From the NCBI RefSeq assembly GCF_001194135.2, contig NC_068994.1, positions 12,460,840-12,496,149 on the forward strand: a DNA stretch of 35,310 bases. The letters are read 5' to 3'. The position numbers and the translations under genes are program-made. The stretch is from Octopus bimaculoides (taxonomy: Eukaryota). How positions within the stretch are numbered: the stretch's first letter is position 1; each line of letters starts with the position of its first letter. A model generated the notes under the pieces. It saw nothing but the letters and a program-made list of their open reading frames with translations, did not search any database and was not told where the DNA came from. Positions 21,972 to 32,928 of the stretch are shown here, one piece after another.

Positions 21972-22030
21972 CACCTCCAGACAAGAAATTAAAAACATTT
22001 GGTCAAGAACATTGTATCACCAACAGCACT
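21972..22030 (+). CDS. RTEL1: Probable next RTEL1 exon, phase 1-0
   Basis: Acceptor gtttattattctatgcag|, donor ACT|gtaagt, 59 nt. In frame after 16902 it gives PPPDKKLKTFGQEHCITNST. Support is splice signals and phase only; the peptide is not diagnostic. Confidence 0.6.
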
Positions 22031-22044
22031 GTAAGTATACTCTT

Positions 22045-22413
22045 TTATTTTTTTACTCTTTTACTTGTTTCAGTCATTTGACTGTGGCCATGCTGGAGCA
22101 CCACCTTTTAGTCGAGCAAATCGACCCCAAGACTTATTCTATCGGTCTCTTTTGCCAAACCGCTAAGTTACGGGGATGTAAACACACCAGCATCGGTTGT
22201 CAGGCGATGGTGGGGGGGCAAACACAGACACATATACATATATACGACGGGCTTCTTTCAGTTTCCGTCTACCAAATCCACTCACAAGGCTTTGGTCAGC
22301 CCAAGGCTATAGTAGTAGACACTTGCCCAAGGTGCCATGCAGTGGGACTGAACGGGGAACCATGTGGTTGGTAAGCAAGCTACTTACCACACAGCCACTC
22401 CTACACCTATATA
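22045..22413 (-). mobile_element. Composite of two SINE families (copy 1)
   Basis: tactcttttacttgtttcagtcatttgactgtggccatgctggagcacc...gacaaacaca, followed by an antisense tRNA-head SINE (aggagtggctgtgtggtaagtagcttgcttaccaaccacatggttcc..ggttcagtcccactgc on minus). Confidence 0.8.
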
Positions 22414-23079
22414 NNNNNNNNNNNNNNNNNNNNNNNNNNNNNNNNNNNNNNNNNNNNNNNNNNNNNNNNNNNNNNNNNNNNNNNNNNNNNNNNNNNNNNN
22501 NNNNNNNNNNNNNNNNNNNNNNNNNNNNNNNNNNNNNNNNNNNNNNNNNNNNNNNNNNNNNNNNNNNNNNNNNNNNNNNNNNNNNNNNNNNNNNNNNNNN
22601 NNNNNNNNNNNNNNNNNNNNNNNNNNNNNNNNNNNNNNNNNNNNNNNNNNNNNNNNNNNNNNNNNNNNNNNNNNNNNNNNNNNNNNNNNNNNNNNNNNNN
22701 NNNNNNNNNNNNNNNNNNNNNNNNNNNNNNNNNNNNNNNNNNNNNNNNNNNNNNNNNNNNNNNNNNNNNNNNNNNNNNNNNNNNNNNNNNNNNNNNNNNN
22801 NNNNNNNNNNNNNNNNNNNNNNNNNNNNNNNNNNNNNNNNNNNNNNNNNNNNNNNNNNNNNNNNNNNNNNNNNNNNNNNNNNNNNNNNNNNNNNNNNNNN
22901 NNNNNNNNTTTTGATACAATTGAAATGTACAAAGTATATTTCAGTTTTATCGGAATTTAATGTTATTTTTTTTAAAAACTGGTGGGTGGGGGGTATATCT
23001 CACACAGATGAACTTTGCATAATTGTAATTGACATCATCAATACATTTCAGGGAATAAATTCAAAATACATGATGTATA

Positions 23080-23476
23080 CTCTTTACTCTTTTACTTGTT
23101 TTAGTCATTTGACTGCGGCCATGCTGGAGCACCGCCTTTAGTCAAGCAAATCGACCCCAGGACTTATTCTTTGTAAGCCTAGTACTTATTCTATCGGTCT
23201 CTTTAGCCGAACCGCTAAGTTACGGGGACATAAACACACCAGCATCGGTCGTCAAGCGATGTTGGAGGGACAAACACACACACAGATATATATATATATG
23301 TATATACATATATACGACAGGCTTCTTTCAGTTTCCGTCCACCAAATCCACTCACAAGGCTTTGGTAGGCCCAAGGCTATAGTAGAAGACACTTGCCCAA
23401 GGTGCCACACAGTGGGACTGAACCCAGAACCACGTGGTTGGCAAGCAAGCTACTTACCACACAGCCACTCCTGCGC
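23080..23476 (-). mobile_element. Composite of two SINE families (copy 2)
   Basis: Near-identical layout to 22045-22413. Confidence 0.8.
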
Positions 23477-24083
23477 CGTTTTTTTTTTTTTTTTTTTTTC
23501 CAAGCATCAAATTCTAATATAGTCGCAATCTCATCATTGTTGTTGTCATGTATCATTGTCTTCCTGACTCTGTGCAATTTCGCCCATCAGATCAAGGGAT
23601 AGCATTAATTCGCTTTGACTTTCTCGTGTTTTCTTGACAGAAATATTGGGGTGGTTTCTATTTAGTCTTGCTGAATCTCCAAACACTTTCCTCACAAGCT
23701 CCTCAAGTGCAGAAGCCAGTTTAGTTGCTGACCATTCAGCCATGGAACAAACAATATTAGTTTATGTAGTAATCTACACCATTTGAAACATACTTGAAGA
23801 AAATATCATTAAAAAATACTCATTCTTCTCAAAGTTGGGAGGAAACAAAGTCCATGGGTATAGAGCATATAGTTATGCCAATAGTGTTTTAATAGTATGG
23901 TGGTGGGTTACTGTTGTTTGATTATGAGGTATTAGTTGTTTCATTACCCAAATTAAATATATAAGTGGCTGAGTATTCCACAGTCCTGTGTATTCTTAAT
24001 GTTTGACTCAGCATATGACAAGACTGTAAAGTTTGAATTACCAGTACAATCCACACGATGGGCTTCTCTATAGTTTCCATCTA

Positions 24084-24287
24084 CAGTAATCCCTCGACTA
24101 TCGCGTGTGTTGTTCAAAAAAAACCCGTGGTCGGTGAAAATACATGGAAGTAGAAACTACTGTAGTGTATATTTTTTTATTATTTTTATAATCTGTTTAT
24201 ATTTATTTTATTATAAATGCAAGACAACACCACGAAGGAATAGACGTAAGCTTAAATAATAAACCACAATATGGTGAGGGATTACTA
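24084..24287. mobile_element. Tigger/pogo-like MITE
   Basis: TA-cagtaatccctcgactatcgcg ... ccacaatatggtgagggattacta-TA. Confidence 0.65.
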
Positions 24288-24787
24288 TACTTAGGTTCAA
24301 TGACAAGATACGTCATCTGAAGCTGTAGAGAATGACGTTTGCTGAAGAATCCACGCTGTTGAATTGAACCAAGACCTCTTGCTTGCGAAGCGAATTTCTT
24401 AACCATTCGGCCATGCTGTGTCTACTGTTAGTATATATCTCTTATATGAAATATATTCTTGTGTGAGGAAAAGAAAACTGAAGAATAACAGTAAGATAAA
24501 AAAAACTGCAAAGAATTTCAGATTAACTGCTGAAGGGAGGTAACTTCTTAATTCTCTCCCTTGAAAAAATTTTCATTGAATATAGTTTTTTAGTTATTAT
24601 TGTATAGAGAACTTGATATTATGAGGAGAGTGTGTGTTACGGTGTGGACAATAGCGGTTTATGCTAAGCGTTGGCTGGTCCTTTGGGGTCACTTTTTGTA
24701 AATTAGTGATGAGTGTAAGCTCCGATCTCCGCAGTTTTAGAAGTCACATAGTCTCTTGATGCTAATTTTATTCCAAATGACTCTATT

Positions 24788-26343
24788 CATCGTCATCATC
24801 ATCCTTTAATATCCGTTTTCCATGCTGGCATGGGTTGAACGGTTTGACCAGAGTTGGGAAGCTGCACCAGGTTCCAGTCTGATTTGGCTTGGTTTCTATG
24901 GTTGGATGCCCTTCCTAACGACGACCATTTTACAGTGTGTGTTGGGTGCTTTTTATGTGCCACTGGTACTAGTGCCTGTTATGTGGCACCAGCACAGGTC
25001 TCTTGTGAGTCAATCCTCTTCACCAGGATATGTGACCTTAACACTTCTGCTGTGGAGGACATGTCTTCTTGAGTACAGCAAGGTGTCAGTTATCTCAGTC
25101 CTTTGTCATCTTGTCTGAAATGTTCAGTGTCCTGAGGTCGTCCTTCAGTACTTCATCCCATGTCTTCCTGGGTTTCCCTCTACCACGGGTTCCTTCCACT
25201 GTTAGGGAGTGACACTTCTTCACACAGCTCTCCTTATCCATACACAGCACATGGCCATACCAGCACATCGTTTGTCTTGCACATCACATCTGATGCTTCT
25301 TGTGTCCAACATTTCTCTCAGGGCGCTTACACTCTGTCATGTGTGCACACTGACATTACACATCCAGCAGATCAGTCTAGCTTCATTTCTTTCAAGCCTA
25401 TGCATTCTTCAGCAGTCACAGTCCATGTTTCACTGCCGTGAAGCATGGCAGTTCATACACATGCAACATACAATCTACCTTTCACTTTGAGCGAGAGGCC
25501 CTTTGTCACCAGTAGAGGTAGGAGCTTTCTGAACTTTGCCCAGGCTATTCTTATTCTAGTGGCAACACTCTCTGAGCATCCACCCCTACTTCTAGTTTCT
25601 CCTGGCATGTGATGGAATCAGTTTTCTGAGCATCTTTGGTGTTTATTGTCCTTGTACATCTGCCGCACACAAAAGCTATTTCCTGGTTAACCTTCCTTTG
25701 ATGTTGCTGCACCTCTTATGCGTCCATAGCTTATACTGGGTAGATCTTATGGAGTTTCTGCCTACACCTTCTCTACAGATCGAGCAGGGCCATCTACCTG
25801 AAGGGGTTTGTGATGTGTTCGCCTTCCTACTTACTAGGACGTTGGTTTTTGCAACATTGACTCTAAGGCCCTTCGATTCTAAACCTTGCTTCCACACCTG
25901 AAATTTCTTCTAGTTCTGGTAATGATTCTGCTATGAGAGCATAAAGGAGCTCCCAGGGGCAACCTGTCTTGAATTCCTGTTATTGCCTGGAGGACTATGA
26001 TGAATAAGAGGGGGCTGAAGGCTGATCCTTGGTGGACCCCTATTTCTACCCAGAATTCTTCACTATACTCATTGCCAACCTTAACCTTACTAACGCCATC
26101 CCTGTACAGGGCCTGTACAGGGCCTGTACAGCTCTTATTACTCTTGTGCCTAACTTCTCTCTCAAGACACTAATACTCTCTCACACATGTACACTTACAT
26201 TACACATTCAGCAGAGCAAACTAGCCTCATTCCTCTCTAGCTTTCCCATATCTTCTGCACTGCGGGCCCACATTTCACTACCATGTAGAATTGCCATTCA
26301 TATGCATGCATCATACTCTATTCCTTTCATGTTGGTTGTTTTC
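24788..26343 (-). mobile_element. RTE-clade LINE: RT C-terminal part, Cys-rich finger, C-terminal domain, 3'UTR and (GAT)n tail; plus a second fragment at 26130-26343
   Basis: Minus-strand motifs GVHQGSAFSPLLFIIV, CPWELLYA, KGLRVNVAKT, WPCSICREGVGRNSI, AMLHGSETW, WYGHV, RGRGKPRKTWDEV, ending in a (GAT)n tail at 24788. Confidence 0.9.
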
Positions 26344-26644
26344 TAAATTACTGCTTCCTAACTGGTTATTCCAGTTCCCCTCGCTTTGCACCTCAAAATT
26401 TTACAGGCTCTCTTCACCCATATTGAGAATATAAGTTAGTTTCTTCATTATAATCATCTTTTTCAACCTCCACTTTTCTATGCTTGCATAGGTTGAACAG
26501 GATTCAGTGATTTTTATGGTCTGATACCCTTCTTATCTTCAACTCTTACCTGTTCCAAGACAGTGTAATATTATTCCTTAAGACCCTAGTCCAGACATGT
26601 TTTCCAAGAGATTGCAAAGAAGCATTCCCACTTATATAACGGTA

Positions 26645-26848
26645 CAAGGGGTTGCTGAAGAGTTCTTGGCTTTGGGTGAGAGAAAATACAGGAGGATCAG
26701 TTAATTATAATTTTATTCAATATATCCCCCTCACAGATTCACATACTTATTGTAGTGGTCTTTCAGTTTTTCTAAGCCCTTTAGAAGTGAGAAAGCTGGG
26801 CCTCCAACCAGGCCTTTCATGACACTCTTAAAGCCAGGGACTTTTCCA
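26645..26848 (-). mobile_element. Mariner-derived MITE copy 3
   Basis: TA-caaggggttgctgaagagttcttggcttt ... aaagccagggacttttcc. Internal sequence is homologous to copies 1 and 2. Confidence 0.75.
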
Positions 26849-27067
26849 TTTATATAAGGGTGGCACACAAAAAAGTAGCCCAGGTTCTATGGTATAATGT
26901 AGCCTATTCTCACTTGTGTTTCCACAATCTCTACTCTTTTCGCTATTGAATGCATCTTGCAGAAAAGGCTAAAAATGTTCGCTCATTGCAATCAACTAAT
27001 GTGGTGAGGATAACATAGCATGTAGTTGACTGGTGTGTCATCTTTGTTCAGCAGTCACAAGTGGTTG

Positions 27068-27555
27068 AAATAACACAATGACATTTGCAAACGAGGGGCT
27101 GGGTGCTTTTCTGCATGTGTAAATTTATTTCAGTGTTTGCTCTATGCTCCAGAACCTGGTGATCAAAATAACACAATGACACTTGGAAATAAAATGCTGG
27201 GTGCTTTTCTGCATGTGTAAATTTATTTCTAAAACAGACACAGATGTCTGGTGCAGGCTCCTGCCTGGCTAGCTCCTGTCGAATTGTCCAACCCATGCCA
27301 GCATGGAAGGCAGGTGTTAAATGATGATGATGATGACACTATGCTCTGTGTTACTTTGGTCAAAATAACACAATGACACTTGCAAACGAAATGCTGGGTG
27401 CTTTTTTTCGTATGTATAAATTTATTTCTGTATTTACACTTTGCAACGGAACCTGGGCTATTTTTTCAGTCGCAAAAACATATTTGCAAATGAGAGGCTG
27501 TGTGCTTTCTCCTGTGTGTAAATTTATTTGTGTATTTACACTACAGAACCCAGGT
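27068..27555. repeat. ~95-bp tandem repeat (about 4 units) interrupted by an RTE-tail element at 27240-27337
   Basis: Unit aaataacacaatgacacttgcaaacgaaatgctgggtgcttttctgcatgtgtaaatttatttc...agaacctgg. Confidence 0.8.
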
Positions 27556-27669
27556 TACTTCTTCATGCTATTAATCCTTTAGCATTCAAATTATTTTGGT
27601 AAATGTAATGCTTATTTATTCACATTGCTTTGAATTAATCATGAATTGTCAAAATTTTGATGATGTGAT

Positions 27670-27889
27670 TCTTTTACTCTTTTACTTGTTTCTGTCATTT
27701 TGACTGTGGCCATGCTGGAACACCACCTTTAGTCGAGCAAATTGACCCCAGGACTTATTCTTTGTAAACTTAGTACTTATGCTATCGGTCTCTTTTACTG
27801 AACCGCTAAGTTACGGGGACGTAAACACACCAGCATCGGTTGTCAAGCGATGTTGGGGGTGGGGGACAAATACAGACACATAAACATAT

Positions 27890-27924
<35 letters not shown>

Positions 27925-28097
27925 CATAGATACAACAGGCTTCTTTCAGTTTCTGTCTACCAAATCCACTCACAAGGCTTTGGTCGGCCCGAGGCTGTAG
28001 TAGGAGACACTTGCCCAAGGTGCTACGCAGTGGGACTGAACCCGGAACCATGTGGTTGGTAAGCAAGCTACTTACCACACAGCCATTCCTCCGCCTA
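27670..28097 (-). mobile_element. Composite of two SINE families (copy 3)
   Basis: Near-identical layout to 22045-22413. Partial versions at 3544-3822, 6340-6560, 14905-15100 and 15720-16570. Confidence 0.8.
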
Positions 28098-28702
28098 TGA
28101 TTGATTATTTTTAGAATGGCATTGTATGGTAGGTGTGAGAGGCTAGATCTAGCCAGTTTGAACATAAGGCAGGCAGAATATTTTGGCCAGATATGGCTGG
28201 TTTAACCCTTTAGTGTTTAAACCAGCTAAAATATTCCACCTGCTTTATGTTCAAACTGGCTAGATCTAGCTTCTCACACTTATTCTATAATGTTAATCTA
28301 AAAATAAATTACTCCATCATCAAACTCTTGAAGCTATGAGATAATCCATGATTAACTCAAAACAATGTGAATAAAGGTGCAGGAGTGGCTGTGTGGTAAG
28401 TAGCTTGCTTACCAACCACANNNNNNNNNNNNNNNNNNNNNNNNNNNNNNNNNNNNNNNNNNNNNNNNNNNNNNNNNNNNNNNNNNNNNNNNNNNNNNNN
28501 NNNNNNNNNNNNNNNNNNNNTATATATATAGTATTTCAACAGAAATATGGGAATGAAAGTGTTAAGTACAGATTTAGAGAGATTTAAGTGTGTGGGACTC
28601 AGAAAGCGCAGCCCCTGTCATTCATCTGTAAGTGAATTTGAGGGATTTGTTTGTGTATTGTCCAAGAGAGTGAGACACGAAACTATTTCGTTGATATGTC
28701 AT

Positions 28703-28980
28703 TGACCAGAAAGAGGACAAGATACTAGACTGCTAACTTGGCATGTTGTTGACCAGAGAGAGAGGACGAGGTACTGGACTGCTAAGTTGGTATCGAGTTG
28801 ACCACAGATAGGACAAGGTACTGGACTGCTAATTTGGTATTGAGTTGACCAGAGAGAGGACGAGGTACCGGACTACTAATTTGATATGTTGTTGACCAGA
28901 GAGAAAGATGACAAGATATTGGATTGTTAACTTGATATGTTGTTTGGATTGTTAACTTGATATGTTGTTGGCCAGAAAAA
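28703..28980. repeat. ~48-bp minisatellite (about 5.5 units)
   Basis: Unit ttgaccagagagaggacaaggtactggactgctaatttggtatgttg. Confidence 0.85.
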
Positions 28981-29179
28981 GCAAGGCACAAGACAGTCTC
29001 TTTTATGTTCTTGGCCAGAGAGAGAATGAGCTAGACTATTTCTTATATATTCTTGATGACTTGAGAGAAGGAATAAAATACAAGACAGAATTTGTTGTTT
29101 TTCAGACAGTAAATAGATATACTTATGTTCGTTTGCAAATTTTGATTAAAAAAAAAATTTTTTTATAACCATTTTACAG

Positions 29180-29290
29180 GTTCTTGAAGATTATCTTCAC
29201 ACCAGACTATTCCCACCATCACTTCTCTCTGATCAGAAACTATGGTCGAAACCAATTGAGGAAGAAGATGCTGAAGACAGTGGCCAGTAA
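29180..29290 (+). CDS. Candidate downstream or terminal exon (phase 0 start), possibly RTEL1 C-terminus
   Basis: Acceptor ttttttataaccattttacag|. VLEDYLHTRLFPPSLLSDQKLWSKPIEEEDAEDSGQ* (TAA 29288-29290), with an alternative donor CA|gtaaga at 29286/7. Unique, protein-like sequence that is phase-compatible with 22030. AATAAA at 29548. Homology not recognised. Confidence 0.45.
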   Translation, partial: VLEDYLHTRLFPPSLLSDQKLWSKPIEEEDAEDSGQ

Positions 29291-29989
29291 GAAGTGGCAG
29301 AACAAAAGAAAAAATATATATATATTAGATTTCAATATGTGTGTGTGTATGTATGTATGTGAGAGAGAAAGAGAGAGAGAGAGAGAGCATGTATGTGTAT
29401 GTGGGAGGTGATGGGGCAAAAAGGGATTAGGGAGGATTTTTCTTTCCCCACCCCTGCTTGTTTCAATTTTTTTCTTTTTTTTTTCGAAATGAAGCTATAA
29501 AACTGTAAAATTGCAAAAAAAGAAAAAAAAGAGAAGAAAACATAATCAATAAAACGAAAAAGAAAATGTGAAATACATCCCCCGCCAAAAAAGATTAAAA
29601 TATAAAAAAAAAAAAAGTTCCCCCCTTTTCTGACCTCATCCTCCCCACCACGAAAAGAATAAAAACCAAAAAAAAAAAANNNNNNNNNNNNNNNNNNNNN
29701 NNNNNNNNNNNNNNNNNNNNNNNNNNNNNNNNNNNNNNNNNNNNNNNNNNNNNNNNNNNNNNNNNNNNNNNNNNNNNNNNNNNNNNNNNNNNNNNNNNNN
29801 NNNNNNNNNNNNNNNNNNNNNNNNNNNNNNNNNNNNNNNNNNNNNNNNNNNNNNNNNNNNNNNNNNNNNAAAAAAAAAACAAACAAAAAAAGATGGAAAA
29901 CTCTTGCATTGATGATTCCAGTTCAAATCTCGCAAAATGTAGCCAATATCGCTTCTCACCTAATGTCAGCATCTATATGGTTAATATAC

Positions 29990-30040
29990 ATATATATATT
30001 GCTCACTGGTTGGTTTGTCAATTACAAATATATGAAAATA

Positions 30041-30083
<43 letters not shown>

Positions 30084-30330
30084 GTGTGTATGTGTGTGTA
30101 TTTATACACACCACAAACACATGCATGAATATATCTATATCTATCTATCTATATATATATATATATACACACACACACATAGAAATATACGCATACATAT
30201 ATATGCATATACAGGCACACACATATGAATGCACACACACACACACACCTACATGTATATATATGTGTATGTATGATATATATATATATATATATATATA
30301 TGCGTGTGTGTGTATATACACACACACACA
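29990..30330. repeat. Compound (TA)/(CA)/(TG) microsatellite; similar tracts at 161-230, 1730-1780, 4300-4400, 7930-8180, 15120-15215, 34010-34145
   Basis: Direct reading. Confidence 0.95.
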
Positions 30331-31849
30331 AATATCAATTCAACTTTCGAGATCTCCATTAATTAATTAATTTAAAAAATAAATATATATAAACGACGAT
30401 GTGCAACATTAACGAAAGAAACAATTTTAACGACAAAATGTCTTCATTAATTATACATTTTAATGTTAAATCGCTTTCTTGTTTTTCTTATTTTTTTATT
30501 TATATATTTTTTTACAATCTTCTCCAAACTACCCCTGCCCCTGCTAGAGCATTGCTCAGAATTTCATACCCATTTTGTTGTTGTTATTGTTGTTGTATAG
30601 CCATCCCCTCTCTCCATCCAGCTCAGTTGTGATTAAGCAAATCATGGCTTCTAGTTGTGACCATCCCATTTACTACACATATTCAATGTATTTTCAGGAT
30701 CACAACAGCTTTTAATATATACTGGCTGCTCTTTTTTCTTTTTTTTTCTTCTTTTTTTTTCAAATAAAAACATGTTAGAGAGATTTGGTTGCTATTTCTA
30801 GCTTACGAAGTGACCACACCGAGACTTTTTCATCAGCTTCTGAGCATTCGGAGGCTTCCAGGTCAGTGTTAGCATTCATGTACAAATGTATGCATGTATG
30901 TATGTGTGTGCCTGGAAGTTGGCATGTGAAGGCACATGGCTTAGTGGCTAGGGTGTTTGGCTAATGATCTTAAGGTCACGAGTTTGATACTTGCCAGGGC
31001 ACATTGCGTCCTTGAGCAAGACACTTTATTTCATATTGCTTTAGTCCACCCAGCTAGCAAAAATGTGTTGTACTAGTGATTCAAAGAGCCAGCCTTGCCA
31101 CATTCTGTGTGTCCTGCAGAATCTTCCTGAGAACTACATTAAGGGTACATGTGTCTGTGGAGTGCTCAGCCACTTGCACATTAATTTCACGAGCAAGCTG
31201 TTCTGTTGATTGGATCAACCAGAACCTTCATCTTCATAACTGGCAAAGCGTCAGCCAGTCATTATTTGGCATGCGCTTCTGTTAGTGTGGTCTTCTTGTG
31301 GCTTTCGAAAATTTATTTGATTGTGTTTCCAAAGAATTTTAATGAAATATACATGCATAGGCGTAGGAGTGGCTGTGTGGTAAGTAGCTTGCTTACCAAC
31401 CACATGGTTCCGGGTTCAGTCCCACTGCGTGGCACCTTGGGCAGGTGTCTTGGAGACAAACTCCTCCACCCAGCCCATTGTCTCCCCCTCGCAAACATAA
31501 GGACACAGTAATTGTGTCATGGCCGACAGGAAGCGGTCCAGCTTCCTAGGGCTAGACAGCAGTAGTATATTCCCTTATTGGGATTGTCACATTGAGTTGA
31601 CAATATACAACAACTTTATCGCATCACTACTGCTTAACTCTCTCTGAGAGATTTAGAAATATATTTCATATATATATATATATAATAATCAAAAGATTAA
31701 ATGTGGTACTTAAANNNNNNNNNNNNNNNNNNNNNNNNNNNNNNNNNNNNNNNNNNNNNNNNNNNNNNNNNNNNNNNNNNNNNNNNNNNNNNNNNNNNNN
31801 NNNNNNNNNNNNNNNNNNNNNNNNNNNNNNNNNNNNNNNNNNNNNNNNN

Positions 31850-32171
31850 CGTACAAACTTCATTTATTCATGTAGTGAGAACACTACATAAAATGTGCAA
31901 TGAAAATGTACTCCTCAGCTGCATAATGGAATTTCATTTTAGAAAGTTATTTTGTAGATGTGTGCAAAAAACAAGAGTAAGAGAAGAAAAAATACCATCT
32001 GTTGAATGGCAGCCCAGTCAAGATGGTATTTTTTCTTCTCTTACTCTTGTTTTTTGCACACATCTACAAAATAACTTTCTAAAATGAAATTCCATTATGC
32101 AGCTGAGGAGTACATTTTCATTGCACATTTTATGTAGTGTTCTCACTACATGAATAAATGAAGTTTGTACG
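31850..32171. repeat. Perfect inverted repeat, 151-bp arms, 20-bp spacer
   Basis: 31850-32000 is the exact reverse complement of 32021-32171. The ORF track shows the identical peptide on both strands. The left arm abuts the N-gap. Confidence 0.95.
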
Positions 32172-32334
32172 AAACGTATGTACTGCAATAGCCTATTGAA
32201 TTTTTGTTGCTTTTCTTCAAATATATGTATATATATATATGTGTTCAAAAAAGAAAAACGACAAAAAAACAACAGAAAACAACAACTCGAGGTTGTGATA
32301 TAGATATAGATATAGATATATATATATATATCTC

Positions 32335-32777
32335 CAGGAAAACAAGGGACAAACTACTGAGGGACGACGTTTGGATGCTGCACCTTTCAGTCAGACAAGA
32401 TGGGAAAGTAGGAAGATACCTGGTGCTTTGCTGTACTCAAGAAGACCCCCCCCCCCCNNNNNNNNNNNNNNNNNNNNNNNNNNNNNNNNNNNNNNNNNNN
32501 NNCCCCCCCAGTGAAGAGGATTGACCTGCAAGTGTCCTGTGCCAGTATCAGGTAAAAAGCACTCTTACCAATGTCACATGAAAGTGCTCATTGCCAGTGC
32601 CATGTTAAAAGCATTCAATACATGGTGTAAAGAGGTTGGTATTAGGAAGTGCATCCAGTCATAGAAACCAAACCAAATCAGACTGGAACCTGGTGCAGCT
32701 CCCCTGCTTGCCAGCTCTGGTCAAACTGTCCGACCCATGCCAGCATGGAAAACAGACATTAAATAATAACGACGATG
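32335..32777 (+). mobile_element. RTE LINE 3' end (ORF2 terminus plus 3'UTR)
   Basis: Shares gctgtactcaagaagac (AVLKKT end) and the 3'UTR ...ccatgccagcatggaaaacagacattaaa-(GAT)-like tail with the 24788 element. Confidence 0.8.
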
Positions 32778-32928
32778 ATGACCACGACCTTCTTGATGGT
32801 CTCTCAGTTCTGAGAAGGACAATTTCACAATTTCATGCTGACCACCTGCACAGATGATTTCAGATCAAATGTGTGTGTTGTATAGAGTGATCCGAAAGCA
32901 TGTCAGCAACATGAAATGAAATGCTTTC

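Noticed and set aside
24345-24416. tRNA-like sequence on minus with a good A box (tggccgaatgg)
   Set aside because: The anticodon and acceptor stems do not pair. It is a tRNA-derived SINE head like the many others here.
28703-28980. Regularly spaced repeats resembling a CRISPR array
   Set aside because: Whole units repeat with no unique spacers, there are no cas genes, and the context is eukaryotic.
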